32,000 nucleotides of DNA from contig CABUFC010000002.1 of the NCBI GenBank assembly GCA_902490735.1, positions 196,011 through 228,010 of the forward strand. Reading direction: 5' to 3'. The DNA is from an uncultured Oscillospiraceae bacterium. Lineage in GTDB: Bacteria; Bacillota; Clostridia; Oscillospirales; Acutalibacteraceae. Positions 17,699 through 26,100 of the stretch are shown here, piece after piece. The position numbers and the translations under genes are program-made. The notes under the pieces were generated by a model. That model did not search any database, was not told the DNA's origin, and worked only from the letters and a program-made list of their open reading frames with translations. Positions within the stretch are counted from its first letter, which is position 1. The number at the start of each line of letters is the position of its first letter.

Positions 17699-17774
17699 TG
17701 GTGAGCCATCGGAGATTCGAACTCCGGACACCTTGATTAAAAGTCAAGTGCTCTGCCAACTGAGCTAATGGCTC
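17699..17774 (-). tRNA. tRNA-Lys (anticodon UUU), CCA encoded
   Basis: The reverse complement GAGCCATTAGCTCAGTTGGCAGAGCACTTGACTTTTAATCAAGGTGTCCGGAGTTCGAATCTCCGATGGCTCACCA folds as a canonical cloverleaf. Anticodon loop is CTTTTAA. Confidence 0.93.
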
Positions 17775-17789
17775 GAACGCGACTTTAAT

Positions 17790-17818
17790 ATTATAGCAAC
17801 GTTACTTTAAGATGTCAA
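17790..17818 (-). promoter_or_regulatory. Perfect-consensus sigma-A promoter for tRNA-Lys (TTGACA-17-TATAAT)
   Basis: Minus strand reads TTGACA (17818-17813), 17-nt spacer, TATAAT (17795-17790). 15 nt upstream of the tRNA 5' end. Confidence 0.65.
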
Positions 17819-17834
17819 GCGTTAAATAATTTTT

Positions 17835-18422
17835 TTAATATTTTTTGCCGATTTTTTCACAAAACACTGCGGCGTTAATCTCTTTTTTATTGATTTCGGA
17901 TAATTTGTTTTGCAGTTTTTCGGGCATAACAAAATCGTTTATTTCAATTTTATCTAAATTAATTATCTCACTACACTTGCTATCGTTATATAATAATGCC
18001 GGCGCAAATCCGTAGTTATAAGCAGAAAAGGCCGCTAATTTATCATATTCTTCGCAGTTTTTTGTTAATATTTCAATTTGTCTAAAAGATAATAGCATTT
18101 TTCTTATTAGGTGAAAGTACTTGCCGGCAGTATCTTTTACGGTAAGAGTATTCCCGCTAATAGCTTTAAATTTTAAAAGAATATAAAACTCCTTGCACTT
18201 ATCTATGTCATAGCACCTTAAGTTTAAAGTTTTTTTAATAGACGGTTCTTGCAAGCAAGGATCGGCTTTTATTATTTTTAACAACTTTTTTTTATTGTAT
18301 TTCCCGAAAAAATTCTTCTTTAAATATAATAAACAAAAAGCCGTATTATTTGCCGATATTGTTTTTTTAGTCACCGATTTTGCAAACGGAATTCTTTTTT
18401 TATTTAATAAAACAAAGACCAT
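17835..18422 (-). CDS. Hypothetical protein, Lys-rich and Cys-containing, no recognisable family
   Basis: 195-aa ORF with AAAGGTGA RBS. Co-directional with nif3, 47 nt downstream of it. Visibly more AT-rich than its neighbours. No TM helix or signal peptide. Confidence 0.5.
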   Translation of the reverse strand: MVFVLLNKKRIPFAKSVTKKTISANNTAFCLLYLKKNFFGKYNKKKLLKIIKADPCLQEPSIKKTLNLRCYDIDKCKEFYILLKFKAISGNTLTVKDTAGKYFHLIRKMLLSFRQIEILTKNCEEYDKLAAFSAYNYGFAPALLYNDSKCSEIINLDKIEINDFVMPEKLQNKLSEINKKEINAAVFCEKIGKKY

Positions 18423-18469
18423 ATTATCACCTTTAAATAAATAATAACAGGTCTTTGCTTTTAGAACTT

Positions 18470-19219
18470 TTATAAGCAGAAAACGGCGTTTTTGTCGCTT
18501 GTTTCAACCGGCAAATCGGTATTTTCAAAAAGAAATTTTGCAAGCGGTTTTACGATTAAATTTTCGGTATGATAATGGCCCGCGTCTATAAGCGTAAAAT
18601 TATGCTCTGCGGCAGTAATGAAAAGTGAATGCTTAACATCTGCAGTTATAAGTGCGTCACATCCGGAAAGAATTGCCGCTTCAAGCATGCTGCCGCCGGC
18701 ACCCGAGCACACGGCGACTTTTTTTATTGGATTTTTGCCTATGCTGTAACGAATATTGCCGCCTAAAACATTTTTTACGTGCTTTGCAAGCTCTTTTGAA
18801 GATAAAGCGTTTTCCAGTTCACCCATATTGCTGAAAAACTCAGAATCTTCCTCGTAAAGCGAAGTTAAATTTTTAATGCCAAGCGCATTACAAAGGCAGT
18901 CGTTAACACCGCCTTTAGCCATATCGAGGTTGGTGTGGCAGCTTATACATGCAATGCCGTTTTTTATAAGCTTAAAAGCACGCGAAGTTTCCGTTACATT
19001 TTTAAGCGGAGCATAAATTACAGGGTGGTGGGTAACTATTAAATTTGCCCCTAAACTTTTTGCATACAAAATATTTTCGGTTGTGCAGTCAAGGCAAACG
19101 AGTATTTTGGTAACTTCTGCACCGCTGTCTCCGACAAGAAGGCCAACATTATCTCCCGGTAAAGCATTCTTTGCAGGTAGCCACTTTTCTAAAATCTCCA
19201 AAACATCCCGAACGGTCAT
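18470..19219 (-). CDS. Nif3-like dinuclear metal centre protein (GTP cyclohydrolase 1 type 2 homologue), short form
   Basis: N-terminal MTVRDVLEILEKWLP...GDNVGLLVG, HHP motif (IVTHHPVIY), and C-terminal DAGHYHTE metal ligands. At 249 aa it lacks the PII-like insert of long forms. Confidence 0.85.
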   Translation of the reverse strand: MTVRDVLEILEKWLPAKNALPGDNVGLLVGDSGAEVTKILVCLDCTTENILYAKSLGANLIVTHHPVIYAPLKNVTETSRAFKLIKNGIACISCHTNLDMAKGGVNDCLCNALGIKNLTSLYEEDSEFFSNMGELENALSSKELAKHVKNVLGGNIRYSIGKNPIKKVAVCSGAGGSMLEAAILSGCDALITADVKHSLFITAAEHNFTLIDAGHYHTENLIVKPLAKFLFENTDLPVETSDKNAVFCL

Positions 19220-19234
19220 AATATGTTCCTTTCG

Positions 19235-21208
19235 TTAATTAAACTGGCACTGCGGCTTTTTGAAGAAATCGGTTTTGGGCGGCAGTTCTTTTAATTCTTT
19301 GCCGCAAGGCAAAAACCGACTCATTTCGTCAAAAATGCATGACCAGTCGTAAATTTCATCACCAAGCTTCATATATTCTTTTATCATATCGCACCCATTT
19401 GGTGCAAAGGGGTGGAATAGCGCGCAAAGCACCCGCACAATATGCATGGAATCAATTAAAAGCTGGGTCCTTTTTTGCTCGTCGTTGGTGCTTTCGGCCT
19501 CGCGGCTAATAGTAGCCCACATTTTATTTGCATCCCTTAAATAAACGTTTAACAGCTCGAAAATTTTGTAAAATTTGTATTCGTACATAAGCTGTTCGTA
19601 CTCTAAAATTACCCGGTCGCTTTCTTCTTTTATGTTAGGCGACACCTTGCCTTCCGGCATTTTCATGCCGTAATATTTAGATAGCGTGTAAAAGCAGGAT
19701 CTTGCAAGGCGGTTGTAAACATTAGTTAAAAGATTTCCTTCGTATAAAACATCGTCAAACATGCCGTTTTTTACATCTTGCGGATGAGTAATGCTTTTCG
19801 GGTCGAACCCTACGCTGTTTTCTGCAAGGCTTGCGTTAATAAAGTGCATTCTTAACTGCTCCGGCGAATAATAATTTAACAGTTCACCTGCTTTTGGAGG
19901 CTTTATATCGCCCGAAGACGAAGCTTTTTTCTTTCCGAATAAAAGGTGATGATTGGCGATAAGCGTGGTTAACTGAAGCTTGCCGTCAGTTGGCTCGTTT
20001 ACAAAGTTTTTGCCCTGCAGTCCCAAAAACAAGCCGGTTTGTGCAATGCCGTAAAAATATATATTGTCTTCGCCAATAAACTGGAAAATTCCGCAGTCTT
20101 TAGAGTGCCACCATTTTTTGTATTCATCGGCACCGAATCCCTGCCTTTTTAAATAGGCTTTTGTAAAAGAAATAGGCGCCCAAAGGCTTTCCGGCCAAAC
20201 CCAAAAAGTAAGGTTTTTATCAATGCCTTTCGGTAGCGGGGCTCCCCACGCGGCGTTGCCGGAAAGACGGAAGGGAACCACAGTTTTACCTGTTCTGTAG
20301 CGAATAGAAGCGTCTGTTAAAATCTTGCATGCCGCGGCGCGGTTATCTAAATTTTTAAAGCTGAGTATAAACGAAGGCTTATTTTCTTCGTCAATAAGCG
20401 TATATGGCGGCAAATCAAGCTCTGCCAGTTGCTCTTTATATTCGCGTTTTACGTAAATTTGCGGTGCTTTTAAAAACTCGCGCATTGTGGCAATTAGAAT
20501 ATCTCTTGTATTGTCAAGCCCGGCTAAATAATCAGTATGCTTTTCTATTTCGTCTTTAAAGGCAACAAGATCAAAATAGTAGTTGTCAACCTCTTTTATG
20601 GTTGGAGTGTCACCTGAGAGGGTACTTTTTGGAGCTATAAGTTCGTCTGCGTTGTACTGATGTCCCAAAGCACATTCGTCGGCATAGGCATGTTCCGATT
20701 TGCAGCCTTGAATAGGACAACGACCTATAACCTGTCTGCCGTTTAAAAATACACCTTTCGTCTCATCGAAAAACTGCTTTGTTTTATCAAGCTTAATAAA
20801 GCCGCTTTCCATTAGCTTGTTAAACACTTCGACAGATAATTCCCGGTGTATTTCACCTGTATCGTATAAAGCGGATGCACCAAAAAGATTAAGGCTTATT
20901 TGATAATCGTCGAGTACCTTTTTCTGCTTTTTGTGATTTTCTTCTACAAAATCTTCTATACTCCCAGAAAATCCGTCCTTTTTCGCCGCTTCGTAACTTC
21001 CTTCGATGGTTGAACCATAACAGTCGGTGCCTGATACAAAAATTACGTTTTCTTTTCCGATGCGGTCTCTTAAAAAGCGAGCAAAGACATCGGCAGGTAT
21101 AAATACGCCGCCGATATGGCCAAAGTGCAGCTCTTTGTTGCCGTATGGCATACCTGCTGTAATTATGGCTCTTTTTGGGAAATTTGGCCTTTTCAATTTT
21201 TCAATCAT
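19235..21208 (-). CDS. metG: Methionine--tRNA ligase, divergent (HFGH; KASSS in place of KMSKS)
   Basis: MPYGNKELHFGHIGG...ADVFARFLR...GTD aligns by eye with the MetRS N-terminus. Also present: a connective-peptide knuckle (CPIQGC...ECALGH), the KMSKS-position loop FGKKKASSSGD followed by LNYYSPEQLRMHF, and the anticodon-domain NVYLRDANKMW and LFHPFAP motifs. Confidence 0.78.
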   Translation of the reverse strand: MIEKLKRPNFPKRAIITAGMPYGNKELHFGHIGGVFIPADVFARFLRDRIGKENVIFVSGTDCYGSTIEGSYEAAKKDGFSGSIEDFVEENHKKQKKVLDDYQISLNLFGASALYDTGEIHRELSVEVFNKLMESGFIKLDKTKQFFDETKGVFLNGRQVIGRCPIQGCKSEHAYADECALGHQYNADELIAPKSTLSGDTPTIKEVDNYYFDLVAFKDEIEKHTDYLAGLDNTRDILIATMREFLKAPQIYVKREYKEQLAELDLPPYTLIDEENKPSFILSFKNLDNRAAACKILTDASIRYRTGKTVVPFRLSGNAAWGAPLPKGIDKNLTFWVWPESLWAPISFTKAYLKRQGFGADEYKKWWHSKDCGIFQFIGEDNIYFYGIAQTGLFLGLQGKNFVNEPTDGKLQLTTLIANHHLLFGKKKASSSGDIKPPKAGELLNYYSPEQLRMHFINASLAENSVGFDPKSITHPQDVKNGMFDDVLYEGNLLTNVYNRLARSCFYTLSKYYGMKMPEGKVSPNIKEESDRVILEYEQLMYEYKFYKIFELLNVYLRDANKMWATISREAESTNDEQKRTQLLIDSMHIVRVLCALFHPFAPNGCDMIKEYMKLGDEIYDWSCIFDEMSRFLPCGKELKELPPKTDFFKKPQCQFN

Positions 21209-22869
21209 TTTAACTGCTCCTTAAAAGATTCAACGGCATCGTTTATACGCTCTAAGCATTTTTCTTTGCCTAAAAGCTTCATTATGCTGTATAAATCGGG
21301 TGTGTTTTGCCTTGAAGTTATTGCGATTCTAATAACCGTGCTAAGCATACCGACGCTTCCTTTATAATTTTGCGGATTTTTGCGGTATTCCTTAGTGTCA
21401 GCACAGTAGCCAACGTATTCGCAAATCGATTTAATTCTCTCAAACCATTCGGTTTGTGTTGCGTCTTCTTCGTAAACTTCTGTGTATTTTTTTAGTATTT
21501 TAATCGCATCTTCCGTCTCAATGTTTTCGGGGAGCGCATAGCTTGGCGTATAGTCGTAAAAATACTCGGTAAAGCCTATGGCGTCGCTCCATTTTGCAAG
21601 GTCTTTTCGGGGCTTGGATGTACCTCTGTCAATTGAAAAAATCGCCTTTAAATATGCCTTGTCCGCCGAAATTTTGTTATAGAAATCCGCATCGAATTCT
21701 TTTGCCCAGCCAAGTACAAAACTACATACTTCGTCGGCTGTCATAACGGCAATAATGTTGCGGCTTACGTCGTTTAGCTTATCCCCGTCAAACAGCGCGC
21801 CCGACAGGCTCATTTTCTTGATATTGAATTTAAAATCCTTGTAATTGCTGTTCGGATTTGCCTTTTTAAAGTTTTCATACTCGCTCGACGCAATCGTCAT
21901 CAAATATTCGATGACGCTTTCAGCCGGATACCCTTGCTCTTTAAAGTACGATACGGCGGCTTCCGGATCCTTTCTTTTAGAGATTTTTCGTTTGTTCCCG
22001 TTTTCCGATTTCATAATCGGAGCTATATGCGCATATTTCGGCAGCTTAAAATTTAAAGCTTTAAACAGTTCGACGTGCTTTGGAAGACTTGAAAGCCACT
22101 CATCCCCGCGAATGACGTGAGTGGTACGCATAAGGTGGTCGTCTATAGCGTGCGCAAAATGATAAGTTGGTATACCGTCGTTTTTCAAAATGACAAAATC
22201 TTCATCGTTTTGCGGCATTTCGATTTTGCCCTTAATTAAATCTTCAACTGTAACTTTTTTGCTTTCGTCGCCAAAGCTTTTAAGCCTTATAACAAATTTT
22301 TCGCCGGCATCTATATGTTTTTTTGCCTCTTCTACGGTAATGTTTCTGTACTTTGCGTATTTGCCGTAATAACCTGTACGTATTTTTTGTGATTCTTGCT
22401 CTTTACGCGTTTTATCAAGCTCTTCGGCAGTGCAAAAGCAGGGATATGCAAGCCCCTCTTCTACAAGTTTTTTTGCAAAACTGCGATAAATTGTTCCTCG
22501 CTTACTTTGTTTATATGGGCCGTATTTACCGCACTCGCCGTCTAACAAGTACCCTTCATCCGCTTCAATGCCGAAGCTCTTTAATCCGTCTAAAATATTA
22601 TCAACACCGCCGGCAATTTCACGCTTTTTGTCGGTATCTTCTATACGTACGTAAAAAACACCGTCTTTACCGGCGGTTATTCGATCGATTAATGCAACAT
22701 ATAGTGTACCAAGATGCAAATATCCCGTGGGGCTCGGAGCTACCCTTGTGACTTTTGCACCTTCGGGCAAATCTCTTAAAGGATATTTATCTTCGTAAAA
22801 TTCTGGGGTTTGAAGCTGTTCATTAAATAGCAGTTCGGCCATTTTTACATTGTCGGTCATTTTACTCAC
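21205..22869 (-). CDS. gltX: Glutamate--tRNA ligase (long form)
   Basis: RVAPSPTGYLHLG (HIGH-class motif in the bacterial GluRS context) and a KISKRK (KMSKS) loop. 554 aa. The stop overlaps the metG ATG (ATGA). Confidence 0.88.
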   Translation of the reverse strand: MSKMTDNVKMAELLFNEQLQTPEFYEDKYPLRDLPEGAKVTRVAPSPTGYLHLGTLYVALIDRITAGKDGVFYVRIEDTDKKREIAGGVDNILDGLKSFGIEADEGYLLDGECGKYGPYKQSKRGTIYRSFAKKLVEEGLAYPCFCTAEELDKTRKEQESQKIRTGYYGKYAKYRNITVEEAKKHIDAGEKFVIRLKSFGDESKKVTVEDLIKGKIEMPQNDEDFVILKNDGIPTYHFAHAIDDHLMRTTHVIRGDEWLSSLPKHVELFKALNFKLPKYAHIAPIMKSENGNKRKISKRKDPEAAVSYFKEQGYPAESVIEYLMTIASSEYENFKKANPNSNYKDFKFNIKKMSLSGALFDGDKLNDVSRNIIAVMTADEVCSFVLGWAKEFDADFYNKISADKAYLKAIFSIDRGTSKPRKDLAKWSDAIGFTEYFYDYTPSYALPENIETEDAIKILKKYTEVYEEDATQTEWFERIKSICEYVGYCADTKEYRKNPQNYKGSVGMLSTVIRIAITSRQNTPDLYSIMKLLGKEKCLERINDAVESFKEQLK

Positions 22870-22891
22870 CTGAAAATTTATTATCTTTTTT

Positions 22892-22920
22892 ATTATCGCA
22901 GAAAATGCTGGAAATTACAA
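22892..22920 (-). promoter_or_regulatory. Candidate sigma-A promoter for gltX (TTGTAA-17-GATAAT)
   Basis: Minus strand reads TTGTAA (22920-22915), 17-nt spacer, GATAAT (22897-22892). This leaves a short leader of about 16-20 nt before the RBS AGGTGAG. Confidence 0.3.
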
Positions 22921-23046
22921 CCGCTTTTTTAAAAATTATGTTATGCGGTGCGAAAAAACCTTTTATAATTGAATTTATGACTTTTTTGGTCAAAAAAATT
23001 AATTATTTTCGTAAAATAATTGAGCCGTTTTCGGCAGGCGGGTTTA

Positions 23047-23075
23047 TTGACAATTATTATTATTTATAGTAAAAT
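23047..23075 (+). promoter_or_regulatory. Sigma-A promoter for the CBM-array/hydrolase unit (TTGACA-17-TAAAAT)
   Basis: TTGACA 23047-23052, 17-nt spacer, TAAAAT 23070-23075. RBS AAAGGAG at 23098-23104, ATG at 23113. Confidence 0.55.
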
Positions 23076-23112
23076 ATAAACGCGGAAATATACTGCAAAA
23101 GGAGTAAAGATA

Positions 23113-26100
23113 ATGCGAAAGAGAATTTTGGCGTTTGTGCTGTCTTTAACATTATTGCTGGCATATCTTGTGCCTAATATGATGTTTAGTACCGGCGCTG
23201 CAGATCTGGTTTCAGATTTGTTTACTAATGGTACATTTTCCGAAGTAACCGGAAGTCAACCTAACGGATGGCTATTTACCGGTGCTGACGGAGCAGCATT
23301 GCCGACAAATATTTCGGGAACGGTTGATACTACTGCTAAATCACCCGATGGCAGCAATTCATATGTTGTTACTGCCAACGGTGCGATCAATGCAAATTCT
23401 GCTTTCTTTTACAACAAAGATACCATTCAGATTAAAAGCAATTGTTCTTACGAAATTTCATTTTGGATTAAATCAGCAAATGTAAAGGGTCTTTTATTTG
23501 GGTTATATGAGCCTGACTATGTAACCGGCAACAGCCCCGATCTTACACAGGCCGCAAATGCTCATTCGGAGACAATTATTGCTGAAAAGAATTTGTACAG
23601 TTCTGTTGCGTGCGAATTTACATCTCGTATAGCAAGGACAAAAATAAATAATGTTATAAAAATCGGTCTTAATACCGTTAATGCTTTTAACATTTCTTTT
23701 GCCAAGCTTTATGATTCAAGCAACAACAACGGTACACTTATTAAGACTGACAGTACTTCGGTTGACGGTTGGACTAAGTTTACCTACAACTTTGACACGA
23801 CTGACGCTGTTACTGATGCTGCAAAAGTAAGGTTTGCAATCGGCCTTGTCTGCAAGAAAGACAATACCAAGACAGTAAAAACTGTATCTTTTGCAGACTT
23901 TAAATGTATCGAAACTGTTAATGCTTCGATATTTAGGCCTCAGGTTAACGACGGAAGCCTTGGATATACATACCCGGCTTACGGCGAAATACCCGCAGGG
24001 CAATCTTCTGCGGAACTTACCTTTTCTGCATTGCCGGTAGAAGGCAACAGCTTTGTTAAGTGGCAGTTAAACGGCGTTGACATTGCCGGAACACAGGGAA
24101 CAAATCCGGTATTTAAAGGCGTTTTAAAAACAACAGATAAACTGGTTGCCGTATTTAAAGGCGGAAACATCGTTAAAGATCCGGGCGCCGAAGGATATAA
24201 AGGCTCTGGATTATATGATAACCGCGGCATTGCAGGAGGTATTCCGGTTATTGACTGTACTCCCGATCCCGGCGCTCCGGTTACCGCTACTACAGTGCAA
24301 AACTTTAATGACCGTAATTATACCAATCCGTATGCTGTTGCAGGTGCATGGTTTACAGTAAACCTTTCAAAAGGCTGCATGGCGGACAATGGATGGGTTA
24401 GAGCGGTTGTTTCAAACGACTATGCCCACAGCGGCGAAAATTCGTATAGGCTTTATGCACAAAGCCAAGGCATAGGAAGAAACTTTACAGGGCTTAAAGC
24501 AAATACCAACTATCTTTTAAGCTTCTGGATTAAGATGCCTTCCGATGATACTACTCTTACGTGGTTGAACATTGTACCTAAAAAGGATAAAGATGAAGCT
24601 TTAAAAAATGGTACAAATACTTACAGCAACAACTACGGTACCGACGAAAGTCTTTATTATCCGACATCTTTAGGACAAATCGCATTTGATAAAAAAACCC
24701 TTAATTATACTAAAGATTTTACCACTTCCGGTAACGCCAGTGATTGGCAGAGGGTTGCTATTAACTTCAACACAAAAGACAATACGGACGTAGCTATGAT
24801 TATGGTCTGCCCTAGTCTTTTGATGTATGATTCAAGATTTATTTATATCGATGATATCGGTTTGACCGAGATTTCCGGTGAAAGCGACCTTGTATCTGTT
24901 AATGCATCTTCCGGCCCCGGTGGCCACGCAGAGTGCAGCGCAGGTACAGGAATGGTTAAAAAAGGAACTTTGGTTACAGCATGGGCCATTGCTAATGAAA
25001 ACGTTTTGTTCGACGCTTGGTATCCGTCCGCAAACTCTACCAATGCTTTGTCTTCTTCAATGGTTTACTCTTTTAATGCAGTTGACAATACATCAGTATA
25101 TTCACAATTCCAGTGCGTTCAGTTAGGCCTTGTTAGCTGCGGCCTCGGCGGCACAGCATCAGTCGATAAAACGGGTGTTTTCCCGAAGGGTGAGCATGTA
25201 ACCTTTACAGCTACACCTGCAGAAGGCAATACTTTTGCAGGCTGGTATGACAGTGCTACCGATTTGCTTGTTGATACAAACCCGGTATTTTCTGAAGACG
25301 CTCAGATTGACCGCCTTTTGTATGCGAAGTTCGACGGTCCTAATAAAGCGGCGTTCGAAAGATTTAAACTTAACGGCTTCGAAGATGTTCCTGCATGTGA
25401 TATCAATACTTTTGTAAAAGATCCGAGCCAAGCATTTGATTATAAATATTATGAAAATGATTATTTTAAAATTTTCCCGTATTCGTATACGGATCCGAGT
25501 ATTTTAAATCAGGCTTGGTGTAAGTACTGGGCAACTACGGATCGTGCGTATGAAGGCTCTCACAGCCTTGGTGTTCGCGCAAGATGGCGTGAAACGCGTA
25601 TCAATTTAAAACAATTAAATAAGTATACTAATTATAAGATCTCATTTAAATATAAATTAAATGGCTTAGACGAAACCTGTGGTTTAACTTCTGTGTTTGT
25701 TTGCCCGGTTGAAATGGGAGACACCTCCGGTTCTAACAGTTCATTGTGTGTATATTATAAGAGCTATATGATTTCCGGCGGATATACAGGAACCGTTAAA
25801 GGCGGCGAAGGTTGGGAAAACTTTGAGCTTTACTTTAATTCGGGTAACTCCACAGAACTGTGTTTTGGTTATTCATATTCAGCCACTGATCCTGCCGCAG
25901 AAAATGATCCTAACGGATACGATCCGACGGCTATGTATATAGACAATTTGGAATTCTGGGAGTACGAAAGCATAGCTGAATCTTCAAACGGCGACTTTTC
26001 TAAAGGCAGAGACGATTGGAAAGGCGATCTTGATGCGTCAAACGGTGAGGCTAAAATAGCAAGCGGCAAAACAGCATATCAAACCGTTACCGTTTCACCG

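Noticed and set aside
15991-17774. Genomic island or integrated element at the tRNA-Leu and tRNA-Lys genes.
   Set aside because: No integrase or recombinase ORF and no repeat of either tRNA 3' end was seen by eye. The inter-tRNA segment holds a single intact gene. It is reported only as a context observation.
22870-23046. Possible T-box or other riboswitch leader upstream of gltX-metG.
   Set aside because: No T-box consensus (…GGGTGGTACCGCG…), specifier-loop or terminator/antiterminator arrangement was found on the minus strand. The candidate promoter leaves only about 16-20 nt of leader.
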